From a virus, in IMG/VR virus record IMGVR_UViG_3300039071_000077, positions 1-38,458 of that record: 38,458 nucleotides of DNA; one strand, written 5' to 3'. The translations under genes were made by a program, and so were the position numbers. Shown here one piece after another: positions 7,613 to 15,261 of the stretch. Below the pieces are notes generated by a model. That model worked only from the letters and a program-made list of their open reading frames with translations. It was not told the DNA's origin and ran no database searches. How positions within the stretch are numbered: the first letter of the stretch is position 1; the number at the start of each line of letters is the position of its first letter.

Positions 7613-7646
7613 GAGTAAAATTTTAATATTAATACTACAAACCTAC

Positions 7647-7674
7647 AAAAAAAAGCGTTCCATTACAGAACGCT
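7647..7674 (-). terminator. Intrinsic (bidirectional) terminator closing the head-gene block
   Basis: Stem agcgttc/gaacgct with a 7-nt loop, flanked by A8 and T5. Confidence 0.8.
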
Positions 7675-7704
7675 TTTTCAAACTTAACAAACCCAAATTA
7701 TTTA

Positions 7705-8265
7705 TTATGTTGCTGCTACTAATTGTAACGCACCTTTGTAAATAGATGCTGGCCATTTTTGTTTGTCTTTCAATGTAAGTGTTACCGAGTTTTTACCGTC
7801 GGTTACAGCTTCAATTGCGTGTTCAATTCCTTCAACCCATGCAGGCATTCTGCTTGAACCTAATTGACGCACATTTCCAGTTCCATACTCAACAACGTTG
7901 AATACTAACTTTTGGTTTTTAATCCAACGAAGGAAACCTAATAAGTCAGCATCAGAACCAGCTACTTCAACAACTAATTCGTTTTCAAACAATCTTCTAC
8001 CTTTTTCACCAACCATTGTTGATTTGATAGTTCCTGTTTCAGTAACGAATTTTAATTCGTGGATTTTTTTAGTTGAAGCCATAACGTGTCCTGGTGTAGC
8101 AGGAATTTCAACTAACTCTGCAAATGTGTCTGCCGTAACAGTTCCACAAATATCTGCAGGATCTTCAATACTGGTGTAATCACCATGTAATGAATAATAC
8201 ACTTGCGATAAACCAGCTACTGGTTCGCAAACTTCTAATCCAATATCTTCTAATGTGATAGCCAT
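7705..8265 (-). CDS. Hypothetical virion-module protein, 186 aa (possibly a tail tube or head-associated protein)
   Basis: Last gene of the head block, followed by a strong terminator. Its size fits a major tail protein, but no motif was recognised. Confidence 0.35.
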   Translation of the reverse strand: MAITLEDIGLEVCEPVAGLSQVYYSLHGDYTSIEDPADICGTVTADTFAELVEIPATPGHVMASTKKIHELKFVTETGTIKSTMVGEKGRRLFENELVVEVAGSDADLLGFLRWIKNQKLVFNVVEYGTGNVRQLGSSRMPAWVEGIEHAIEAVTDGKNSVTLTLKDKQKWPASIYKGALQLVAAT

Positions 8266-8268
8266 AGC

Positions 8269-8676
8269 TTATACTTTTTTAACGAATGGGCTTTGGCCAA
8301 TCACTAATGATTCCAAAACTTCTGCGTTGGTTAACAAATCTTCTCTTGTGTAGACAGTTCCATTAAACTGCACTTTACCTGGACAACGGTCTGAAAGTTT
8401 GTATTTCTTTCCGTTTACTTCAAATACTCCGTTTACTGGAGTTACTTCTTCTGTAGCAGTTTCTTCTGTAGTAGTTTCTACTACTTCAGCAGTTTCTTCT
8501 GTAGCAGTTTCTACTACTTCAGCAGTTTCTTCTGTAGCAGTTTCTTCTGTAGCAGTTTCTACTACTTCAGCAGTTTCTTCTGTAGCAGTTTCTACTACTT
8601 CAGCAACTACTTCTTTTTCTTTTACTTCTTTTGAAGTAGCTCCTTCCGTAGAAGGAGCGTTATTACCTTTTCCCAT
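8269..8676 (-). CDS. Acidic repeat protein, 135 aa (AEVVETATEET repeats plus a 55-aa C-terminal domain); possible decoration or scaffold accessory protein
   Basis: Tandem 15/18-nt DNA units at 8441-8612 are in frame. Lies directly after the capsid gene. Confidence 0.6.
   Translation of the reverse strand: MGKGNNAPSTEGATSKEVKEKEVVAEVVETATEETAEVVETATEETATEETAEVVETATEETAEVVETTTEETATEEVTPVNGVFEVNGKKYKLSDRCPGKVQFNGTVYTREDLLTNAEVLESLVIGQSPFVKKV
8441..8612. repeat. In-frame tandem repeats built from 15-nt (gcagtttcttctgta) and 18-nt (gcagtttctactacttca) units
   Basis: Read directly. They encode the TEETA / EVVETA repeats of the acidic protein. Confidence 0.9.
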
Positions 8677-8690
8677 AGTCTTTACTTAGA

Positions 8691-9701
8691 TTAAGGAGTT
8701 ACTGCCAAAGTTTCTGATTCGTAGTACAATGCATTTTGAGTAGCATTTTCTAATCCTCTTTCAGAGCCATCAAAAACAGCCACGTAAAGCAATTGGTTGA
8801 TTAAGAAATCATAACCAAGGAAGAACTCCATGAACACTTTTAACTTGTAATCAAGCGTTTGTGTTTCTGTAACTGCTGGTTTGTCTTGAACATCAATCAA
8901 ACGAACCATATTTCCATCAACTGTTGTGAACATGATATCGTCTGGAATATTTGGTAAACCAACAATTTCCATTTTAGTTAATGGAGTTTTCATGTTTCCA
9001 TCAGCAGTATAGTTCACGTTTGTACCATATGCTTGTTCGTACTCATCAGCAAATGTTAATGCCATTGAATCACTCATAAACAAGTATTTACACTTTCTAC
9101 GAGTTTTCTTTGGTAATTGCTTTTCAAATGATTTTACTTCATCTAAAATATTAGATGGAGTAATTGCATTCAAAGGAATACGGAACGCTGGATGTGTTGT
9201 GTCTGCCAAAGCATTTTCCACTTGTGTAGCAATTCCATCTAATGATTTTCCAAACTCACCATCAGCGTTAGCATCATCACGAACACCAGTTTGTGATAAA
9301 TCTTCTAAATCATCGGCAACCTTTAATAAAAGGTCATCCATGATATATTTAGAAATTGGATGTTCTGCTGCAGTTTTACCTGTAGTATATAAATCCGCTA
9401 ACCATGAATTCAAAATTTCAGAAGGAATTACAGCGAAGTTTACTTTGTGGTGGAACGCTTTAAGCATCTTGTGCTTAAATTGCGCTTCTCCAAGTTCTTG
9501 CCATTCTGCTTTGAAACCTTGAACTACACGAGTTAAGATTGAATGGAATTGTGGAAATTTACCTTTAACCGCAGTTAAGGTTTTGCAGTACTTGTTTAAA
9601 GTAACTTCTGCAGCATAAACACCAGCAGAGATTACCTCTGTGTTGTTTTTTACGTATTCGTTCACTTCTTTTTGAACGTCTTGGACATTGATTGTAGCCA
9701 T
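8691..9701 (-). CDS. Major capsid protein (putative)
   Basis: 336 aa, starting 2 nt after the protease-scaffold gene. Size and position are typical of an HK97-fold capsid. Resemblance to the P2 gpN-like family is from memory only. Confidence 0.65.
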   Translation of the reverse strand: MATINVQDVQKEVNEYVKNNTEVISAGVYAAEVTLNKYCKTLTAVKGKFPQFHSILTRVVQGFKAEWQELGEAQFKHKMLKAFHHKVNFAVIPSEILNSWLADLYTTGKTAAEHPISKYIMDDLLLKVADDLEDLSQTGVRDDANADGEFGKSLDGIATQVENALADTTHPAFRIPLNAITPSNILDEVKSFEKQLPKKTRRKCKYLFMSDSMALTFADEYEQAYGTNVNYTADGNMKTPLTKMEIVGLPNIPDDIMFTTVDGNMVRLIDVQDKPAVTETQTLDYKLKVFMEFFLGYDFLINQLLYVAVFDGSERGLENATQNALYYESETLAVTP

Positions 9702-9703
9702 TT

Positions 9704-11053
9704 TTATTTACCAATTAATGAGTTAGCCATTTGATTGTGAGAAGCTGATTCGTCAACGAAATCATTTTTTACTCCTTCTGAAGCTCCAATCTTAGGAGCG
9801 GTTGTTGATGCACCGTCTTGTTTACCTACTTCAATGCTTTTTGCATTAATAGCAGTTAATTTTTCGGTTAAAGTTCCTGCAACTGGTAAACCTAAGTTTT
9901 CCATAATTGCATCTACAGAAGTTTCCATTGCAGTGGCATTGGTTTGTGCTTCTGTTAATTGTCCGGTTACTGCATCAATAGCAGTTTGATGATTTGCGTT
10001 TGCATCATCCAATTGTGTTTGAATAGTGGAATTTTCAGTTTCCAATGTTTCCAAACGACCATTAATAGCTTCTAACTGCTCTTCGTTTAAAAAGCTCCCA
10101 TTGTCGGTAAGAGCCAACGGAGCATCTAAACCTAAAACAGCTTCCACTTTTGGTAGCGATTTAGTGTTCATATTAGTATTTGATTTAGAATTATTCGATT
10201 TTTTAGCGTTTGACAATTCGAAAACTTTGTCAATAGCATCTTGCATGGTTCCAAAAGCATCAATCAATCCTTCTTGGATTGCTTCTTGTGGAGAGAAAAC
10301 ATCACCTTTCAATGCTCTTTCTGAAATGTTTGGTAAGAATCGTTTCATATCTGCATGAAACTTTTCTGCTAAAGGATTTAATGAATTTTCAATTAAATAT
10401 CTCTCATCACCTTCTTGAAGCTTTCTAGTTGCAATGTTTTTCTCTGGAGATAAATCAGAGTAAATTTCATAAACCTTTCCACCTTGCTTTTCAATAATGC
10501 CTTTAAGATTTACGCCTTGTGTCATTACTCCAATAGAACCAACAACATCCGCAAATTCATTAAGTATTTTGAATTGAGAAGCTGCATACATATAATAAGC
10601 AGCAGAACCAACAATATCATTTGAATAAGAAACAAGTGGTTTATCGTAATTGAAAATGTAATTTGCTATTTCAGGTGTTCCAGAAACTTGTCCACCACCT
10701 GAATTATAATCCATTACAACACCAATAACAGTTTCATCATTACGCCAACCTTCTAAAATAGACATTATGCTTTGTGTCCCTCTTGGTCCACACATTTGGT
10801 CATATTTAAAAATAGGATGATGTACTTGAATGATTCCAACCTTCTCTTCTTTTGAAGCAGAAGCACTTGGTTGGTTCGGATTGAAAGGATCAAATACCAT
10901 TTTAGCATCTGATAAATAAAATCCAGTAGTATTTAAAGTCTCTTTAATTTCCTGACCGCTAATGATATTCATTAAAAACGGAAGTAGGTCGTTTCCTGTA
11001 TCACCAGAAAACATCCATTTGGAACTTAAAAGACTGTACGTGTTCTTTTTCAC
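9704..11053 (-). CDS. Prohead protease (S49/SppA-ClpP fold) fused to a coiled-coil scaffold-like C-terminus
   Basis: Signatures DYNSGGGQVSG and IVGSAAYYMYAAS. The C-terminal ~170 aa are Ala/Glu/Gln/Thr-rich. The start codon is GTG at 11053; the first in-frame ATG is codon 14. Confidence 0.75.
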   Translation of the reverse strand: MKKNTYSLLSSKWMFSGDTGNDLLPFLMNIISGQEIKETLNTTGFYLSDAKMVFDPFNPNQPSASASKEEKVGIIQVHHPIFKYDQMCGPRGTQSIMSILEGWRNDETVIGVVMDYNSGGGQVSGTPEIANYIFNYDKPLVSYSNDIVGSAAYYMYAASQFKILNEFADVVGSIGVMTQGVNLKGIIEKQGGKVYEIYSDLSPEKNIATRKLQEGDERYLIENSLNPLAEKFHADMKRFLPNISERALKGDVFSPQEAIQEGLIDAFGTMQDAIDKVFELSNAKKSNNSKSNTNMNTKSLPKVEAVLGLDAPLALTDNGSFLNEEQLEAINGRLETLETENSTIQTQLDDANANHQTAIDAVTGQLTEAQTNATAMETSVDAIMENLGLPVAGTLTEKLTAINAKSIEVGKQDGASTTAPKIGASEGVKNDFVDESASHNQMANSLIGK

Positions 11054-11098
11054 AAAAAAAAATATTGTATTGTTACTACTATTTCACAATACAATATT
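11054..11098 (-). terminator. Terminator-like or attenuator hairpin (perfect 13-bp AU-rich stem, 12-nt loop) plus a U-run, ending at the GTG start of the protease gene
   Basis: aatattgtattgt (11061-11073) pairs with acaatacaatatt (11086-11098). Seven further T's on the minus strand (11054-11060) run up to GTG 11053. Confidence 0.5.
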
Positions 11099-11116
11099 AT
11101 TTTAATGTGTGTTCTT

Positions 11117-11127
11117 AAAATAGGACA
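11117..11127 (-). promoter_or_regulatory. TGTCCTATTTT motif, site 3 (63 nt before GTG 11053)
   Basis: Exact 11-mer, 2 nt after the stop of the 155-aa gene. Confidence 0.55.
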
Positions 11128-11129
11128 CC

Positions 11130-11597
11130 TTATAAAACCGTATAAAACACTGGTCTATTGGCGGTTTCTCCTTTAATTTCAATTACAGTTGTTCCTTCTC
11201 CATCAATCTTTGTTCCTGGAACATCTTCATAGATCATATACAAAGGTTCGGTATTGGAACCATATATTTTTTGAAATCCGTTATTGAATTTCGCTCGTGC
11301 AATACCAGGTTTGTTTTCGTACTGTTCCAAGAGTTGTTCCAATGCTTCCGAACGCGTTAAGAATTCCATTTTTATGGAAATAGCGTGCGATACACCGAAA
11401 TTCTTATTGGTTTTGTTATCACCCACCACAATACTATCAGGTTTAATGGTAGCTTCAACGGAATGAACCGAAGGATTGAACTCTAATTGTGCTGAATTAC
11501 TATCGGAAAGTATTTCAGGCCAATTACTAACTTCCTCTAAAAGGAAAAAATCTAATTCGGCAACTCCGGAAAGTTGCTCATCACATGAAAATGTCAT
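11130..11597 (-). CDS. Hypothetical protein, 155 aa (head-module position)
   Basis: ATG at 11597. The stop lies 3 nt before motif site 11117-11127. Confidence 0.7.
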   Translation of the reverse strand: MTFSCDEQLSGVAELDFFLLEEVSNWPEILSDSNSAQLEFNPSVHSVEATIKPDSIVVGDNKTNKNFGVSHAISIKMEFLTRSEALEQLLEQYENKPGIARAKFNNGFQKIYGSNTEPLYMIYEDVPGTKIDGEGTTVIEIKGETANRPVFYTVL

Positions 11598-11670
11598 ATT
11601 TTAAAATTTATTTTTATAGAACTGTCGCTTTTTTCCGCCTTTGCTTGTAAGGCTTTACACGTTTTTTTTA

Positions 11671-12132
11671 CTATAAGTTTACTTTATTTTTCTTTTTGTG
11701 CTTAATATTTTCACCGCAATAACGCTGGTAATTTCGGTACATAGAATCCTGATTTAGTTCGTTTTCTGAAATGTCATAAATACTAAAAAACAAACGAATT
11801 GCCTTTTTTGCAGTCAAATCTCCTTTTACCAGCTCGTTATCCACAAATGAGTAGAAGTCTTCAAAGAACAAACGTTCCAGGCATACAGACAAAAACTTCA
11901 ATTTGTTGTTATCAATTGAGTAACCTTTGGCGTTAAAATAGAATTCCGGAACCTCAATATCGTAGAAGCTTCCTTTTCCTGCTTCTTTTTCTGGCTTTTC
12001 AACTTTCTTTTCCAGTAGTTGGAGCAGAAACAAACCAATAAATGTCTTTTTGCTCACCTGATGCACAGCTCCGTAACGCTTGATCAGGTATTTTTTTACA
12101 TGGCACTTAACAGGAATTTGGATAACTATCAT
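11671..12132 (-). CDS. Hypothetical protein, 153 aa; first gene after the non-coding iteron region (a regulator is possible)
   Basis: ATG at 12132. Basic termini. No domain recognised. Confidence 0.65.
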   Translation of the reverse strand: MIVIQIPVKCHVKKYLIKRYGAVHQVSKKTFIGLFLLQLLEKKVEKPEKEAGKGSFYDIEVPEFYFNAKGYSIDNNKLKFLSVCLERLFFEDFYSFVDNELVKGDLTAKKAIRLFFSIYDISENELNQDSMYRNYQRYCGENIKHKKKNKVNL

Positions 12133-12233
12133 ATTTTCAAAGGTTTAATAGTAAAAATACAATTTTTAAGCATAAGTACAAACAAAAAAGTTTGTAAAAT
12201 TTACAAATATGTTAGCGTTTTTTCAAAAAAAGA

Positions 12234-12478
12234 GTTCCACAATTCCACATCATTGAAAATCAATGTTTTAGAGTTCCACAAGTAGTAGGAACTTGTGGGA
12301 ACATGGTGTTTTTTGTTGGAACTCAAAAAAATAGTTCCACAAATCCCACAAAAATCCCACAGAATTTTACAAAAGTTCCACAGTACTTATTTAGACTTAA
12401 TATATTGATTATTAAATATATAGTATAGATTATATCTATAGTAAAAGTATGTTTGTGGGAAAATGGAACTTTTGGAAC
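12234..12478. repeat. Iteron-like array of (G/A)T(T/C)CCACA units in direct and inverted orientation around an AT-rich dyad (candidate origin or regulator-binding hub)
   Basis: Direct units at 12234, 12242, 12273, 12334, 12343, 12354 and 12375. Inverted units at 12294, 12315, 12454, 12464 and 12473. Dyad TATAGAT-TAT-ATCTATA at 12424-12440. Confidence 0.7.
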
Positions 12479-12663
12479 TGAAAATTTCTATATTTTTTGA
12501 AAAAAAAATTTTTGGAAAAAATTTTTAATTTTTGGGGGTGCGGGGGAGTTTGAGTGGAGTTGTGTGTGTGGTATGTTGGTTGTGTTGCGAATTACTGCTT
12601 TTCGTTTGATTTGCGCCCTTGTATTTTAAATTTGATAGTTCCATTTGTCCATCGTGTTAGAAT

Positions 12664-12688
12664 AAAAAAAACCGCCTTGTGTGGCGGT
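12664..12688 (-). terminator. Intrinsic terminator at the end of the early operon (ACCGCC/GGCGGU stem plus U8)
   Basis: Plus strand reads aaaaaaaaccgccttgtgtggcggt. On the minus strand the hairpin is followed by a T8 run. Confidence 0.8.
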
Positions 12689-12711
12689 TTGTGTTGGTTG
12701 TGGGTTTTGGT

Positions 12712-12840
12712 TTAGATTAGGATTAATTCTCCAGTGCTAAACTCTGCAATGTTTCCTTTTATGCTAGTTGGAAAAACTTGGTTTCCGTTTTTGTAGAAGG
12801 TAACTTTATTGGTGCGCTTGCATTTCATAACTCGTATCAT
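12712..12840 (-). CDS. Possible small protein, 42 aa (MIRVMKCKRTNKVTFYKNGNQVFPTSIKGNIAEFSTGELILI)
   Basis: Below the track cutoff. ATG at 12840. The stop is followed 23 nt later by intrinsic terminator 12664-12688. Confidence 0.35.
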   Translation of the reverse strand: MIRVMKCKRTNKVTFYKNGNQVFPTSIKGNIAEFSTGELILI

Positions 12841-12922
12841 AATTTTTGCTTTTTAATTGTATGTCTAAGTACGCTACAAGTGTTTTAACGTGCAAGTAAT
12901 AGTGCAGAAAGTTTTAACAAAT

Positions 12923-12951
12923 GATTGGCGCCATTAAAACGAGCGCCAATC
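12923..12951 (-). terminator. 9-bp GC-rich hairpin after the 75-aa gene (weak U tract)
   Basis: gattggcgc pairs with gcgccaatc across an 11-nt loop. It is followed on the minus strand by ATTTGTT. Confidence 0.4.
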
Positions 12952-12963
12952 AGACTGTTATCT

Positions 12964-13191
12964 TCAATTGCTACGTTTATCTTCTAAATGACGTTTAAAT
13001 ATTTCAACTAATTCCTTTCTTGTTTCAGCAGTTTTATTTTGAAACATATCTTTAGTATCAGTAAATCTACTATCACGCCACATATAAGAGTTTGTATTAT
13101 CATTTGCGTAAAATTGTATTTCTGAATTATCAAAAATAATTTCTTGAATTTCATCAGAGAATAAAGCCGAAATACTTGAAGTAATATTCAT
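12964..13191 (-). CDS. Hypothetical protein, 75 aa, AT-rich
   Basis: ATG at 13191 (the track start at 13215 is TTG). A hairpin at 12923-12951 follows the stop. Confidence 0.6.
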   Translation of the reverse strand: MNITSSISALFSDEIQEIIFDNSEIQFYANDNTNSYMWRDSRFTDTKDMFQNKTAETRKELVEIFKRHLEDKRSN

Positions 13192-13346
13192 AAAATTTAG
13201 TTTTAAAACCCACAACTGAAAGATAACAGCAATTTGTAGAAATGGCTACTATTCGCAGTTTTGGATTGATTGTTGTTTAATTTATAATTAGTTATTTTTT
13301 GTTGTGTAATCGCTTGAATTACGCCACTTCTACAAGTTGCAAAACG

Positions 13347-13580
13347 TTAAAACAATTGAAGCTGTTCTCCTTTTGCTGGATGGAGTTCTTTTATTTCTGA
13401 AAAAGGAATTCCCATTTTAGTATCTTGAAAAACAACTAAGCATTTTGATTCGTGTCTTTTTAAAGGATCATGAATAAAGTCTTTTATTTCTGAAGTAACT
13501 TCTTTCATTACTAGATTTTTATTGTCAGGCCACGTATGAATATCAAATGTTATTTTTTGTCCGATTTTCATTTGTTCCAT
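13347..13580 (-). CDS. Hypothetical protein, 77 aa
   Basis: ATG at 13580, 1 nt after the upstream stop. Confidence 0.7.
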   Translation of the reverse strand: MEQMKIGQKITFDIHTWPDNKNLVMKEVTSEIKDFIHDPLKRHESKCLVVFQDTKMGIPFSEIKELHPAKGEQLQLF

Positions 13581-13581
13581 T

Positions 13582-13914
13582 TTATTTCCATTTTCCGTTA
13601 ATCCAATTGTAATCGCGAGCGGTTCCTTCTTTGTATTTGTTGGCTATTCTTTTTTCGTTGATGTAATACCAGCAATAGTAATAATGTTCATTGTGGTGGG
13701 AACCTATATAAAAAACCATTACTTTTTGGCTTTCGTTTTGTAATAAACCTAAATACTCCAATGGTTCTACGTACATCCCTTTTAAATCGGTTTTTTGTCC
13801 TGGAACAAGCTCTCCGAATTCAAACTGCACCGAAACTTTATCGATGCAGTTTATTTTTTCAGCAGAGATAATTCCTAAGCCTTGCGATTTGCTAAAAATT
13901 ACCTTTTCCATCAT
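13582..13914 (-). CDS. Hypothetical protein, 110 aa
   Basis: The ATG at 13914 overlaps the upstream TGA by 1 nt. The track start at 13917 is TTG. Confidence 0.7.
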   Translation of the reverse strand: MMEKVIFSKSQGLGIISAEKINCIDKVSVQFEFGELVPGQKTDLKGMYVEPLEYLGLLQNESQKVMVFYIGSHHNEHYYYCWYYINEKRIANKYKEGTARDYNWINGKWK

Positions 13915-14192
13915 CAAACTGCTTTCTCAATTCTCCAACCTTGAATGGTATTATAAACCACTGGTTCTCCGTCTTTATTATTGGCTTCTCTTCCTTTTAG
14001 GTTGATGTCAATTTTTACTTTTTCACCTGGTTTAAAGTTGTCCAGCAGCGCGCATTTATCTTGCGTGAACTGAATAGCTAAACGTTGTGTGTATTGCTCT
14101 TCGGTGTCTGCGTGGATTTCTCTTACTTTGAATTGGCTAGCTCCAATTTCTTTTGTTTCTAAAATTCTAACGATTGTTACTGATAATTGCAT
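13914..14192 (-). CDS. DUF3127-like small OB-fold protein (possible ssDNA-binding protein)
   Basis: 92 aa. The overall pattern (MQLSVTIVRILE..., QYTQRLAIQFTQDKC..., IDINLKGRE...) matches my recollection of the Bacteroidota DUF3127 family. Not searched. Confidence 0.5.
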   Translation of the reverse strand: MQLSVTIVRILETKEIGASQFKVREIHADTEEQYTQRLAIQFTQDKCALLDNFKPGEKVKIDINLKGREANNKDGEPVVYNTIQGWRIEKAV

Positions 14193-14204
14193 GATGTTTA
14201 TTTT

Positions 14205-14363
14205 TTAATGTTGTACGTATTTGATTTGTTGTTTCCAGAAGGAAATTAATTTGTAAGCACTATCGCAGTATTCTTTGTATTCTTCATCGGAAAGCTGCGG
14301 TTCTATGGTTTCAATGCTTTTTTCTATTTGACCGATGGTTTGTTTTATTTGATTGGCATCCAT
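14205..14363 (-). CDS. Small hypothetical protein, 52 aa (MDANQIKQTIGQIEKSIETIEPQLSDEEYKEYCDSAYKLISFWKQQIKYVQH)
   Basis: Below the track cutoff. The ATG lies 2 nt after the upstream stop, and the stop lies 12 nt before the next ATG, so it fills an otherwise unexplained 173-nt gap. Confidence 0.6.
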   Translation of the reverse strand: MDANQIKQTIGQIEKSIETIEPQLSDEEYKEYCDSAYKLISFWKQQIKYVQH

Positions 14364-14365
14364 GA

Positions 14366-15019
14366 TTAAAAATTTTCTGGTTTATCTACTCTTTCAAACT
14401 CTATTACCCAAACAAATGGATTTTCTTCTAGTGATTTTACACCGTTAATTTTCTCCCAAAGCGATATAAAAGAAAGTTTTGCATAAACTGGAAAAGTATT
14501 ATTTGGATTCAAATAGTCCTTATATTCTTTGATGTTATGAATTATTTCAAAACTACATCCTTCTGCTTTTGAATCTTGTTCTGAAATGTCCCATAATCTT
14601 TCAACTCGAACATTGGTAACTTTTAAAAATAATCTACAAGCTTCTTTTGGCATGTGGATAGATGGTTTCCATCTCATTGATTGATGCTCCGGATTAGCTT
14701 TATATAAATAAACTGTTGGTTTATTTTCAAATTCTACTTTTGCAAAGCTTTCTCGAACCCAAATAATATCTCCGATTTCTCCATAATTACATTTTCCAAT
14801 TGATGAATAATATTCCATTGGATTTCCTTCTTCATCTACTAATTCAACATAGTGGTGTTTGTAATTTTCTGAATCTGTATCCTCTTCAATTCCATCATAA
14901 CGAAGATTTTTCATTGATTGTAAAACTTCGTTTTTAATAACTCTTCTAGTCTGGGTTTTTCTGCCTTCTAAAATAGCCTGAACCATTTCTGTACTGAATA
15001 ATATTGGTTTACTTTTCAT
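14366..15019 (-). CDS. ASCH/PUA-like domain protein
   Basis: N-terminal KPILFSTEMVQAILEGRKTQTRRV and WVRESF are typical of phage ASCH-domain proteins (from memory). The ATG at 15019 overlaps the upstream ORF by 11 nt. Confidence 0.55.
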   Translation of the reverse strand: MKSKPILFSTEMVQAILEGRKTQTRRVIKNEVLQSMKNLRYDGIEEDTDSENYKHHYVELVDEEGNPMEYYSSIGKCNYGEIGDIIWVRESFAKVEFENKPTVYLYKANPEHQSMRWKPSIHMPKEACRLFLKVTNVRVERLWDISEQDSKAEGCSFEIIHNIKEYKDYLNPNNTFPVYAKLSFISLWEKINGVKSLEENPFVWVIEFERVDKPENF

Positions 15020-15257
15020 CACTCTCTTCTTTTTTAGTTAGAAATTGACTTTTCCAATATTCTCCTGGTGCGTTAATGCCGTCGAATAAATATTTGTCTC
15101 CTTTTTTTATTCGGTACATTTTATCATCCTGCATGGCTTCAATCATTTGCAAGAAGTCTTTGTCTTCTTTGTTTTCTTGAATTTCTTTTACCATTCTGTT
15201 GGCTCTGTCTATTCGCTTTGCCATTCTGTTGGCGTTTTGTTTTGCGGCTTTTCCCAT
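15009..15257 (-). CDS. Hypothetical basic protein, 82 aa
   Basis: ATG at 15257; compact spacing to the neighbouring genes. Confidence 0.7.
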   Translation of the reverse strand: MGKAAKQNANRMAKRIDRANRMVKEIQENKEDKDFLQMIEAMQDDKMYRIKKGDKYLFDGINAPGEYWKSQFLTKKEESDEK

Positions 15258-15261
15258 GATG

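Noticed and set aside
8399-8689. Plus-strand ORF (96 aa, SSVAVSTTSAV repeats) and the many other plus-strand ORFs in the track that overlap minus-strand genes (for example 28006-28278, 37970-38395, 9199-9522)
   Set aside because: They lie antisense to long, tightly packed minus-strand genes with recognisable products. The repeat-derived one is simply the reverse reading of the acidic repeat. These are shadow ORFs.
12534-12550. G-quadruplex in the G-rich tract
   Set aside because: There are only two G5 runs, followed by isolated GG and G dinucleotides. The sequence lacks the four G-runs needed for a canonical quadruplex.
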